Origin: Phaeosaccion multiseriatum
Lineage: Eukaryota; Protista; Ochrophyta, other classes
Direction of reading: 5' to 3'
DNA: 64,000 nucleotides
Assembly: GCA_965112735.1 (NCBI GenBank)
Contig: OZ218952.1
Span: 2,542,001-2,606,000 of the forward strand
Within the stretch, counting starts at the first letter, position 1, and each line of letters opens with the position of its first letter. Shown here one piece after another: positions 36,074-48,098 of this stretch. A model generated the notes under the pieces. It saw only the letters and a list, made by a program, of their open reading frames with translations. It ran no database searches and had not been told where the DNA came from. Position numbers and translations under genes: made by a program.

Positions 36074-39000
36074 GGCAGCTTTGTGCTCTTTGCAGTGGAC
36101 GACATGGTCTTTTTCCGACGCTTTCGACTGCGGTAAGAAGAAAAGCCTCAGGGGAAGAGGAGGAGGAGAGGGAGGAGGAAAGAGGCTCCAAGCTGAGGGT
36201 GGAGGGTCTCGCACCTGTCGTAGCAGGAAGGGATCACATTGGAATGCCGCCTTCTTCGTCGATGGCCGGCCTTCCACTTTGAACCCGGTCGGCTGCTCTC
36301 TCTCTCTCTCTCCCTCTCTCTCTTTTCGCCTCTTCAGCGCATCGACTGACGTTCGCCCCCCCCTCCTTCTTCCTTCACCGTCCCCTCCCCACCTCCCCCC
36401 CCCCTCCCAGCGCGGCAGCTAGTCTGCTCCACTCCCGCCCCGATGTCTTCTCCTTCCACCTCAAGCTGCATCCCGCAGTAACCTTCTGCCACCCCGCCGG
36501 GAGCACCTGCATCGTGCCCACACTGCGCCCCGCCAATGAGACCAATGGGAAGGAAGAGAACGAAGAGAACAAGGAGGGGCCTCCCCAAGGGGGTCACGTC
36601 GGGGGCACTAATGCCCCTGCTGCTGCTTCTCCTGCTGCTTCTCCTGCTGCTGCTACCGACTCGGCCCCCACCCCCAGCATCGAAGTGCTGACTTTCAGCC
36701 GCGCGGAGGGCAGCTTGGACTGGGCCTACCCGTGGGACCTGTCCGGGGGGCTCTACCGCCAGAGCGATGCCAAGCGAGGTTGGTCATACACGTTGTTCCG
36801 CTGTGCTGTCGCGATCTGTTGGAAGAAGGTTGATCTCCTCCTCCTCCTCCTTTGTGTGATGTTGATGTGGTTGTTGTTGATCTTCACATTTGAGTCTCTT
36901 TTCTACAGCCTTGTCATTACACCTCTGCGGCCTCTCATTCGGCCCTCTGCAACAGATGGACACGGCACGATCAGTGCCCCTACTCCTGCATAAGTCCTAA
37001 GTCAATGAAATGCCCCATAAGTCAATAAATTCCCCTGCCCCTGCCTCCCTCCCTCCTCTCTCTCTCCTTCTCTCTCGCCCTCTCATGAGTGGTGCTGGGG
37101 CTGTCTGCTACTCACGGCGGCCGAGCGGTGGCGAACCCCAATCTCCTGGAGCACTTAGGGGATGCGCTGCTCAGTAACACTAAGAAGCGGCAAGGAGCAG
37201 CAGTTGGTGATACAGGAGCAGGCTCATTACCAGCTGAGGGTGAGGGTGTGGTGGCACTGGGGCCGAGGTCGGCATGCCCGGCCTTCCCCGTCATGGCCGT
37301 CGTCGCAGTCAATAGGGTGAGTGAGTGGAGAGGAACGGGAGAGGAGAGGGGGCGGGGGTGACCAAGGCAGGGGTGGGGCCGAGGATAAGGTACCCAGCCG
37401 CGAGGACAGTGGCAAGGAAATTCGTCCCGAGAAGGAGGTTCGGGAATCACATAGAAGTGTGACGCGCAGAAGAGGACGTAGAGGCACAGACACTTCTTCC
37501 TTTCCTCCCTTGCTTTCTTTCCCTCCTTCCTTCCTTGCTTTCTTCGTTGTTGTTTGTTTTTGCCTCGTGTTGGTTACCTTACGCACGCCTTCGCGCCGCT
37601 CCCCACCCACGCCTCCCACCCACGCCACCACACACGCCATCACACAGGTACAAGACACGTACGACACGCCCGTGTACCCTAGCGAGGCTCAGGACGTTGA
37701 CTCCCTCCAGGCAATGCTGTATGAGAAGGGGAGTCCCATAGGGGAAGATGTGGGTCCCGTTCACCATCAGGATCAGGGTCAGGGCCAGTCCGATTCGAGG
37801 TGGCAGGTGAACGCGGAGGCCTATCGCCTTGAGCTCTACAATTCGGTGCACGTGGGGGAGCTGCTGCTAAGTAGAGGGGCGCATGGGGCTGCAGCAGTTG
37901 GTGATGCAGCAGCGGTAGAGGTGTACGACAGTCGCCACCCGAGCAGCGGCAGTGACCTGCTGCTGCAGGAGGAGGGACAGGAGCGGCAGGAGAGACAGCA
38001 GGAGAAGGAGGAGGAAGAGGAGAGGTCTGATGCATCTCGTCCGGAGGTAAAGTTTGGAGGGGCGACCCCACCTCTATATCTCAATCAATCTCTCCCCTCC
38101 AAGTTGCTGATGTGTATCCAATCAACCAAACAACCAACCTACCTACCAACCACCAACCAACCAAGCGAGCAATCCATGTCTCCCCCCCAACAACAGGTGT
38201 CGGTGATTCTCCCTGTGCGCAACGCTGCAGACACGCTGTCTGCTGCCATCCTCAGCATCCTCAGAGAGCAAAGCGCAGTGCGCCTTGAGCTCATCGTCAT
38301 CGACGACGCCAGCACCGACGGTGGCCTGGAGGGGGTGGGGCTACGAGACATTCTTGCGAACGGTGTGTGTGTGTGTTTGGGTGGGTGGGTAAGTGGGTGG
38401 GTGAGAGAGGGAGAGTTGAGTGTGTGCTTGAGTGCGGGAGTGTGTGTGTATGTGTGTCAGTGAGTGTGAGGGTGCGTGCTGGCCTGGTGCAAGTGAGCAA
38501 GAGGAGCTCACCCCCCCCCCCCCCTCCCCCCCCTATTTGTCTCACCTGCCTACCTACCTACCTGCCTACCTATCTACCTGTGCCCGCAAGCAGCCGACAA
38601 CGTTACGGTCATTACCAACACTTCCAGGAAGGGCGTCGCCGCCTGCCTGAATCAGGTGAGTAGGGAGTAGCGTTGGCGTGGGTGTCAGGGAGTTCTCTCT
38701 CTCTCCCCTCTCTCCCCCTTCCTCTCTTACCGCCCTCCTCTCCTCCCCCACTCCCCAGGGCCTCCAAGCGGCGAGGGGAGACCTCGTGGCGAGGATGGAC
38801 GCCGATGACATCTCTGTGCAGGTAGGAAAAGGGGTAGCGGGCTTCTTATTCCTCCTCCTCCTCCTCCTCCTCCTCCTTCTCCTCCTCATTCTTTCTGCGT
38901 CTCGCTCTACTCTGTGAACAGGGGCGTCTCCGGCGGCAGGTGGATATGATGAAGGCCCACCCTACTCTCAACGCGCTCGGCACCTCTGTCGCGGTGTTTT

Positions 39001-40877
39001 CAGGTTCGTATCTCACTGACTTACACCGGTGTGGACGCAGCCTCATGCGCCTGACAGTCTGGCTGTCAGGCTTCCCCCCTATGCACACATTCTCACAGGT
39101 CCTCTATCTTGCTCTTGAGGCCGCGTACGCACGTACGCATACTCACGCACACACACACTCCCTCTCTCACTCACTCACACACACACATAGACACACATAG
39201 ACACAAATACACACACACACAACACACATACTCACTCACAAACACGCACATAATACAGACACTCCCTCACTCAGTCACACACACACACACCCCCCACAGG
39301 CGATGTGAAGCTCCAGCGTCTTGCCGTGCACCCCACCGACCCGTGGATGCTGCACTGGTCCATGTTCTTCAGCTGCTGCCTCGCGCACCCCTCCGTTATT
39401 ATGAGGAGGTAAGCTTGCGTCGCTCTGTCTTCTTCTTCTTCTTCTTCTTCTTCTTCTTCTTCTTCTTCTTCTTCTTCTTCTTCTTCTTCTTCTTCTTTGT
39501 AGTTGTATGGGTCTTCCAGACAACTCAACTCAACCCAACAACCCCCCCCCCCCCTCGGAGTTCTCGCGTTGCGTGCCTTCTCTCTCTCACTCCCCCTTCC
39601 CTCCCCTCCTCCCTGGGCACAAAAGGGACGCCTGCCTGTCGGTGGGAGGGTACTCAGAGTCATGCGGCGCTGCTGAGGACTACGACTTGTGGCTGAGGAT
39701 GGGCATCTTCGCACCCGCCACCATCGCCAACCTAGGGGAGCCGCTGCTGCTGCTCAGGAGGTCGGTGAGGGAGTGAGGGAGGGGGAGTGAAGGAGTGAGG
39801 GAGGAAGTGAGTGAGTGAGTGAGTGAGTGAGTGAGTGAGTGAGTGATTGAGTGAGTGATACCACCAGCTGCTGCATTATACCCCTCTGCAGGCACGCGTC
39901 CAACACCTCTTTGCGCAATCGGGAGCAGCAGAGGAGACATGCCGAAGCGGTGTGTCTGCGCGCCGTCCAAACCACTCTCGAGGATTACGATAACGGTAGC
40001 AGCAGTAGAGGAGGAGGAGGAGGAGGAGGAGGAGGAGGAGGAGGAGGAGGAGGAGGAGGAGGAGGAAGAGGAGGAGGAGGAGGAGGAGGAGGGTCCCCTC
40101 TTGTAGACGAGGTTGAGATCGGTCTGTTGCGCACGTCGGGTATCGGGATGGACATGCCGGAAGGCGAGCAGCAGCAGCAGCAGCAGCAGGCAGAGGCCGG
40201 GGTGGAGCAGTGGAGTGCTGCGGCTCGGCTGCTGGAGAGGCTTGAGGAGAAGGTCCTTGCACAACTGAGGGAGAAGGTGGAGCTAGGTGAGTTGAAGGGT
40301 GGGTGGGGGTGGGGGGAGTGAGGGGAGCGAAGGGGTGAGGGGCGGAGAGAGTGGGGGTGAGAAGGCAGGGCTGAGGGGTGGGGGGACGAGAGGGTGACGG
40401 GGGGAGAGAGGTGTGAGGGTGGGAGTGAGGCTGGGGGTGAGGGGGTACAGAGCCAAAGACGCAAATGTGGACACATCATGTGCGTGCTGACAGATATGGT
40501 ACGGAGAGAATTATCCATGGCGCGTGGATGATGGAAAAGATGGCATGATTCTTCTTGTCCCCATGCGAGGGCTCATTTTTTTGGCGCTGCGTTTCCCCTA
40601 TTTCCGCCAGATTGGCGCCTTCCCCCCCCTCCCTCACTTCCTCCTTCCTCACCCCCTCTCCCCCCCCCCCCCTATATTAGGCGAGGTGCCCCTTCCCAGC
40701 GCCTACCGCCAAGCGGCCATGATCGTGCGTGACGCCACGTCCCGGCTGGGGGCCTTGGCTATGCAGGCCATTGGACACTTCGGGCCCGCCGCAGTGTCTC
40801 TTGTGGCGCTGTGGAAGGCGAGGGGAGAGGTGGACAGCCGCCTCCAGAGGGCGGGCTTCGGCAGGGGCAGTTGTTAG
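35221..40877 (+). CDS. pgtA: PgtA-like cytosolic bifunctional Skp1 glycosyltransferase: N-terminal GT74 (alpha-1,2-FucT), C-terminal GT2 (beta-1,3-GalT)
   Basis: GT74 motifs: VFSKDRPLQL, LFAVDD, LKLHPAVTFCH, DWAYPWDLSGGLYR, NPNLLE, VNRVQD. GT2 motifs: VSVILPVRN, IVIDDASTDG, ARMDADDIS, LAHPSVIMR, EDYDLWLR. No signal peptide or TM. The two domains are joined in frame across intron 38047-38196. Confidence 0.85.
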
Positions 40878-41947
40878 TGCAGCAGTTGGTGGTACAGAAC
40901 CATCTGGCGGCAGGGGCGGCGGTAGTAACAAGGGGATATGGAAGTTGTTCCTCCACCCTGGCGTCGCCTCTGCACTCGAAGCGGAGCGTGGTGGACTCCT
41001 TTGAACGCCTGCTGTGGGCCCAAGCGATTCGCATGTGCGTGTGTGCGCGTGAGTGTGGAGACTTTGAAGGCCGCTGATAGAAACATGGAAACTTTGAAGG
41101 CATGTGTGGTCGCTGTGTGCAAGCCCCTCCACGAGAAGCGGTGTCCCTGGAGTGAATAGAACGTGTGTTCTGTAACGCTCCGAAAGGAATCAGCACGGCC
41201 CAAGGACTCTCCAATGGCGGCGATCCGAGCATCTTACCGGGAAGGGGAGGTGTCCGTGGGACAACGGTCGTATAGGTCGAGAATGCTGTGAGAGGAGGGA
41301 GTCTGGAGATGCTGCTGTGGCTTCTCTCGAAGGAAGCGCGTGCTCCGTTTCACAAGCCGCGATGGGGAGGGAGCTTGTTCCAATGAATGGCAACATCTCT
41401 CGTGGTGGAGTACCTACCTGCTGAATCATCCTCGCACGACACCCTTCCTTGCTGGAAGAGAATGGAAGACCCAGGGGTGGTGGTGTGGGGGCTGGGGGGG
41501 GCCTCGCGGCGTTGGGGGGGTGCGCAAAGGTGCTAGAGAGAGCTCCTCCACGCCACTGCCCGCCACTTCTACTGTTGGGAAATGCGCGCCTCCTGAGCGG
41601 GGGGGAGGGGAATCCATCCCGCACAGCAGAGGGGAGGGAAGGGAGGGAAGGCGGAAAGTCGAGGATAGTCGGCATGCGGCACACAATGCCTCAAAATCAA
41701 GCGCTTCTGCGCTTATGTTCTTTAGTGTACGTTACAGAAACACAAGGTCTGTACAATCTCTCCCTCCCTCCCTAGGTGAGCACCACGACACTCGAGTCAC
41801 AGTCGAGTCGGTTCGAGCACGCCTCTGCCAACGACCCTCTCTCTGCCGTGGCTGGTGCACCCCCCTGGGTCTTCGTAGAGCTGTGATAATGTAACAATTA
41901 AGTCAGCGCAACGCGTTCAATGGCGTTGGCGTTTCAGACACATTCTG

Positions 41948-42107
41948 AATCAAATCGCATCAGTTTCATCAGTTTGCCTGAATCAGATCGCATCAGTTTC
42001 ATCAGTTTGCCTGAATCAGATCGCATCAGTTTCATCAGTTTCATCAGTTTGCCTGAATCAGATCGCATCAGCTTCATCACTTTGCAGTTTCATCAGTTTG
42101 CCTGCTT
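41948..42107. repeat. 33-bp tandem repeat gaatcagatcgcatcagtttcatcagtttgcct (about 4 copies) at the stop codon/3' UTR of the minus-strand gene
   Basis: Read directly from sequence. Confidence 0.9.
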
Positions 42108-45100
42108 CTTGAGGTGCCTGAGGGGTACAAAGGGGAAGTGGGGGGAGGGAAGACGGGAGGGTTGGAGCCGCTGGCCAGCGCATTGTCGAGGTGCGACGAA
42201 AGTCCGCCCAAAGGCATCCATCCATCCATCCATCCACTGCCATCCATCCATCCATCCATCCATCCATCGAGGCCCATCCGTCCTTGGCGCCTCACCGGAA
42301 TCTCTGGAGCCAAGGCTGGATTTCGAACATGCCCTTCCTCAGCTTCGACTCAAGCACCTGTACACCAAACAACAACCACAACGCACAAAGAGGAGGAGGG
42401 GGGAAGGAGGAGGTTGCAGGGGGGACACGTGCGGGTGAGAATCAGCTGTCGTAAAGGACGGGCTGGCCGAGCTGTGTGTCTGCCCGCGCGCGTGCGTGTG
42501 TGTGTGCACGTGTGTGTGTGCGTGTGTGTGTGTGTTGTGTGTGTGTGTGTGTGTTGTGTGTGTGTGTTTATGCTGGTGCTCTCCTCACCACCCACTCGCA
42601 CGCCCGGGTTTGCTCCTCACCTTGCTGGGCAGATTTCGAAGCAAAGTCTCGCGAAGACGGACGCCGAGAGGGTGCCTGTGGCACATACACACACAACACA
42701 CACACGCACGCACGCACACACACGCGCGCGCACACGCGCACACACACACACACGCACACACACACACACACGCACACAGAGAGAGAGACACACAGGAGGG
42801 AGTGACGGGAGGCGGCAGGAAGTCGGGTCAGGTGCGGTGTGGTGTGGTCTCATGTGGGGTGGTGTGGTCTGATGTGGGGTGGTGTGGTGTGGTGTGGTGT
42901 GGTGTGGTGTGGTGTAGTGGTGTCTCAGCCACGCACGCACCGGAGCTGTCCGAGCTTCATCTGCTTGTAGCTCTCGTTGTAGATGAGCGTAGTGTGCCTC
43001 CGCCGGGCCCTCTCGTACAGGTAGAAGGCCTCGATGTGTCCGTCCGGCTCTGACCAATACTCGCGAAGCAGCACAGAGAGAACGAGAGCGTCTTCGATGG
43101 CCATGCATGCGCCCTGAAAGGAGCAAGGGGGGGGGGGGGGTAGGGTCGGTTTGTTGGCTTGGTGGGAGGGAGGGAGGGTTGGTTGGTGGGTAGACCATCG
43201 AGGGAAGATGGAAATGGGGCACATATCGTCATATGCTCTCTCTCTCCTGTCATACCCTCCTGCGAGGACGGAGGGGGGAAGGGCCTTCAAAGCACTGGGC
43301 TAAAACACACTTGCTCGCTCACTTACTCACCTGGCCGTTGTTGGGCGTCACTGCGTGGCACGCGTCCCCAACAAGGGTCACATGGCTGGAGCTCCACCGC
43401 GGCAGAGGAGGGCGGTCGTGAATGGCGTGACGGTACAGATGGGCACCCCCCGGGGAGTCCGAGTGTGCTTGCTGCAGCGCCATAGACTGCTTGCGGCCGC
43501 AAGAAAGAAGGAGATACAGAGGGTTGAGAGGAGTGGATGGCAGTGGATGGAGGGAATAGATGAGGCAGTGGGAAGGAGGGCACGGGTGGGGGCAGGCAAA
43601 GGAGCACACAGAAACATTATGGGTGGGGGAAGGAAGGAAGAAAGGAAGGAATGAATGAATGAAAGAACGGAGCGAAGGAAGGAAAGAAGGAACGAAGGAA
43701 GGACGGAATGACCTTCTTCTTACTCTTCATTCCTTCTCTGCTCTTCTTGGCATAGTAATTGTACCTTCACCGGCTCTGGCCAGCGCTGAGCCGCTCCCTC
43801 CAGCTCGCTCCGAAGCTCCTCCGAAGTACTGCGCTTCTTCTCCTCCCTCTCCCCCTGCTGCTTGACAAACCAAAAGGCCTGGCTCTTCTTGCCGTTAAGC
43901 ACTCCCCAGCTGAAGCGAATGCCGTCCCCGTAAGTCACCGACATGCTTCGCGGTCTTGTTTCCTCCTGAAAGAAAGGCACAGCAAATTGGCGAAAGCAGC
44001 GCAGTGAGTGTCCCAGACAGGTACACCGGGTCAGGTAAGAAAAGGAGAAGGGGTTGTCAAGAAAAAGAGGTCAGACGAAGCACTGCTGCAACAAGTAGTC
44101 ACCTTCCCCATATCTCTTCTCCCTTCCCTTCCCTCCCCTTCCCTCCCCTTCCCTCCCCTTCCCTCCCCTCCCCTCCCCTCCTCTCCCCTCCTCTCCCCTT
44201 CCCTCCCGTCCCCTCCCCTTCCCTCCCGTCCCCTCCCCTTCCCTCCCGTCCCCTCTCCTCTCCTCCCCTCCCCTCCCCTCCCCTCCCCCTCCCCTCCCCC
44301 TCCCCTCCCCTCCCCCTCCCCTCCCCTCCCCTCCCCTCCCCTCCCCCTCCCCTCCCCTCTCTCTCCGATTCCATCCAACTCAATCCGGCCCCTTACCCGC
44401 TTGGTAATCGACGCCAAAATGCCGTCTGCCGCCCCCGCCCCCTCCCCGCTGCGGGCTACAGAGGCCGCTGGGCCAAGGTCCACAAGTCCTCGATAGCACA
44501 CCTCGCCACCGTAGCGCTTGGGCGGCTCCTTGCCTTCCGTGACGTGCCTTCGCATCAGAGAGTTGATACCTGAGGAGGAGGAGGAGGAGGAGGAGGAGGA
44601 GGAGGAGGAGGAGGAGGAGGAGGAGGAGGAGGAGGATGAGCACAGGTGAACAAGGAGAGGCCAAGAGCAAGCAGCACCCACACCACCCGCCAAGGCACCA
44701 TTCCTTGGTTGGATACAATACCAGATCCTTGTTGGTTGGGTTGTGCCCCACACAACGGGCACATTCACCGCACACTACCCCACACCGCCATCAACAAATC
44801 GCCCCTTCTTCGGTCTGTTTCTTACCGTCACACCCAACAACGACGCGGCCAGACACGAGAAGTGCTGCCTCTTTGCTGCTGCTGCTGCTGCTGATGCTGC
44901 TGCTGCTGTTACCACTGCTGCAACAGAGCACCTCTGCCGTCCCTGCCTCGACCCTCTCCTGCACCTCAAGTGCCCTCACGCCGGTGCGCACGTTGAGACT
45001 GGCGTCGGCTCTGCGCATGGCTGCCATGAGCGCTGCCCTCCCGATGAGCACGAAGGCCTCTCCGGAGCCCTCCACCACTCCCTTCATGTTCACAGTCCGC

Positions 45101-45618
45101 AGCACCTCATCCTCCTCCGCTGACCTGTCGAAGTGGGTATGTGGGTGGGTGAGTGAGTGGGTGGGTAGGTGCGTGAGTGGGTGCGTGCGTACGTGCGTGC
45201 GTGAGGTCGACGCTCCAAAAGCAATATGACAGGGCGAGCAGGTCAAAGGAACCTCTCTCTCTTCTTTTCGTACACTCCTCCTGCTCTCTCTCCACTCCTG
45301 CCATGGCCAGTTTCAGTTTCAGCATCAGCTTCGGCCGAGACATCCACCCTCACTACTGCTACACCACAGAGGCAACTTTCTCACATACATACAGGAAGGG
45401 AGAGAGAGAGGGAGAGAGAGAGAGGCAAATACTCTGATACACGATCCGCCAAGATACCACGGCCTCCCCTCCGCCTCACAGGCCCTGACTCTCACTCAAC
45501 TCAGTCACCGCACTCACTCTCACTCACTCCCTCACTCACTCACTTCGCCTTTGTCATGTACACAGTGTCCACTGCATAGGCCTGCTCAGCCCAAAAACGC
45601 TTTTGCTGCTCCTCCTCC

Positions 45619-45654
<36 letters not shown>

Positions 45655-47953
45655 CCATCACCCCCCCCCACATGCTCCCTCGCCTGCCCCGCTGGGTCCT
45701 TCCCTCTGCCCACCCCCAGCTCCTTGAGTGTCTGAATGGCGGCGGGCCACAGGGCCAGGTCCGCTCCTTCGTCTGTGGCCTCGTTGCCCCCTGCCCCTGC
45801 CCTATGCGATGCCCCGCCTGCTGCTCGCGTCTCCAACACTTCGTACGGGATACCGAGTTGCTGTGGAGGGGAAGGAAGGGGAGAGGATGGGAGGAGAGTG
45901 GAGGGGAGGGGAGGAGAGGGGAGGGGGGGGAGAGGAGAGGGGAGGGGAGGGGAGGGAAAAGAAGGAAAGGACAACAGCGGGGCCAAGACGAACATGTTAG
46001 ATTCCCAGACGCGGGAGTACACACACATGCACACAGAGACACAGAGGCACACACGTCGAGCCCTAAAGTTGCGGCAACCCAACAGAACAGACAAGACGCT
46101 ACCCACAAGAGGCACCTGGACTCTCCAACTTCTTCCTATGCTCTCTTTCTCTTCTCTCTCTCTCTGTCTCATTCTCTTCTCTTCTCTCTCTCTCTCTGTA
46201 TCTTCTCTTGTCCCTCTCTCTCTCTCTTCTGCCTCCTCTCTCTGCATGGAACCCGAAAGGACGCGCCGCCTGCTCTCATCTTACCTTCAAGCAGAGGGCA
46301 AGGGTGAGACCGCCGACGCCGCCACCAACAACAACAACTCGGTTCTCCTCCTTTCTTGAGGACCCCTGTCCGGCGTCCCGCCCTGCCGTATAACCAACTG
46401 CAGCTGCTGCTGGTGGGGGCCCGCCCTTCTTCTTGGGAGAGAAGAACTGCACCAAGAAAGGGACGAGAGGTAAGCAGCGCAGCCCCAGAGAAGACACCTT
46501 CCTCAAACCCGGGGTCTCCGGTGCTAGAGCAAACTGCAGAATCTTTCGTTGTGGGGAAAATCATATCAGAAGAAGCACGGAAAAGGGAGGGCAGGGCGAG
46601 GGAGGGCGTGTTGAGAGGGCTAGTATGGTCGGTACCTTCCTGCAACCCCAACCCGGCAACCCCCACTGGCTTACATGCTGGCGCGCACAGAAGCGCAATA
46701 CACCTTTTTTGTCATGGTTACTTTTAGGCAAGCATAGATGGCACATCTAGGTGAAATATCGAACTTTCTCTCACCTCTCTGGCCAAGCTTTCTCCAAACA
46801 CGCCTAGCACGACGAATGGCGAGTGCTTCAGACACTGAAGCACCAATCCATCCACTCGATACCCCTCCCTTCCCCGCACACTTGTCGCTGCCGGACGTTG
46901 AGAGCACAAGACGTTTCGAGCTATGCTCGCCGCTGCGGGGGCGGAGCAAAGCACCGCTGCCATTGTCCAGCCACTGCACCAGCCACACAGATAGATGACC
47001 ACGGCACTCACGTAGGCCGCTGCGTTGAAGCTCGCCACTAGCAGTGCTGTCGTCTCGTCTCCCAGGAGCACGGGCAGGGTGTACTTACCCCCCGCCCAGT
47101 CTGCCCGCCGATCTGCCAGGTTGAGTACGAGGAACAGGCTCGCCTTGAGGAGGGCGGCGGGCACCACGAGGATGGCCAAGCGCAGCACTAGCAGCCCCGA
47201 CGATGGGGACGAGAAGGAGAAGGCCGCGCTTTGGACGAGGGCAGAGAAGAGGGGCAGGAGGACGTTCATGACGAGAGCCGCCGCCGCCTCGCCCAGGCCA
47301 TTGTGGTTGAGCTGGAAGGGGGGCGCACTGTATTGGTGGGAGATGGCCACCATCGACACGCCCAGCCATAAGCAACGCTTCATAGAGGAGTAGATAACAA
47401 CGCAGGGAGAGAGAGAGATGTCCAGCTCGTCATTGTTTTGGTTGGGAACACATAAAATAGCAAACTGACTCACCGATGGGAGCAAGAAGCGGAGGCACAG
47501 CATGGCAACCAGGAGGCAGATCCTTCCGTAGGATAGGCATGCCTTCTCACTGATGAGGCCGTTGACGAGCACCTTGCTTCCTCCCGTGAAGGGCCCGCCA
47601 TGCACATTGAGTTTGTCCGACGGGAGATCGTGTAGCTCCCCGTAGAAGTGTGCCGTGAGCTGGCAGGAGAGCACGAACAAGTAACCGCAGCAAAACAGCC
47701 AAGGGCTGAACACTGACACCGCCGCCTTCGCTTCAAAGCTGAGTGGGCCTCCCTCCCCCCCCTGCTGCTGCTGCTCGTGCTGCTGCTCGTCGAGTAAGCG
47801 GAGCGCGAAGGTGACTCCCGTGGCGTACGTAACGGCACTGAACACGGTCATCTTGAGCCGGGCGAGGCGCATCACCAGCTGCGGGAGAGACGGGGGCTGA
47901 GAGGTAGCACCCGGGCTGGGGCCATCCCCATCTGTTCGCCCTGACGGAGGCAT
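42093..47953 (-). CDS. UbiA-superfamily (MenA/UBIAD1-like) prenyltransferase fused by splicing to an FAD-dependent (group A) monooxygenase
   Basis: Prenyltransferase: [54 protein letters not shown] and many TM helices. Monooxygenase: [19 protein letters not shown]|[18 protein letters not shown]|[10 protein letters not shown] phase-0 donor after 46775 joins a phase-0 acceptor at 46542 or 46533, and the monooxygenase exon has no in-frame ATG. Confidence 0.78.
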
Positions 47954-48098
47954 TTTCTTTTGTTTTGGGGGCACAGATTGGATCCAGATTGATTCGGATT
48001 CGAGGATGGCAGTTCACGGCATTGTTGACTTACTTTCTCCCGCTGTCCCGCGGCTCGCTAAGACAGAAAGACAGAGCGAAACAACAACCGCTCTCCAT

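Noticed and set aside
27915-40877. GT8-sulfotransferase, beta-helix and dual GT as one polysaccharide gene cluster
   Set aside because: The dual GT matches cytosolic PgtA, which acts on Skp1, and a Costars gene intervenes. Only the first two could plausibly be linked.
41160-41900. Hidden gene or ncRNA between two convergent genes
   Set aside because: ORFs on both strands lack recognisable motifs or a consistent exon chain; probably UTR, though an RNA gene cannot be excluded by eye.
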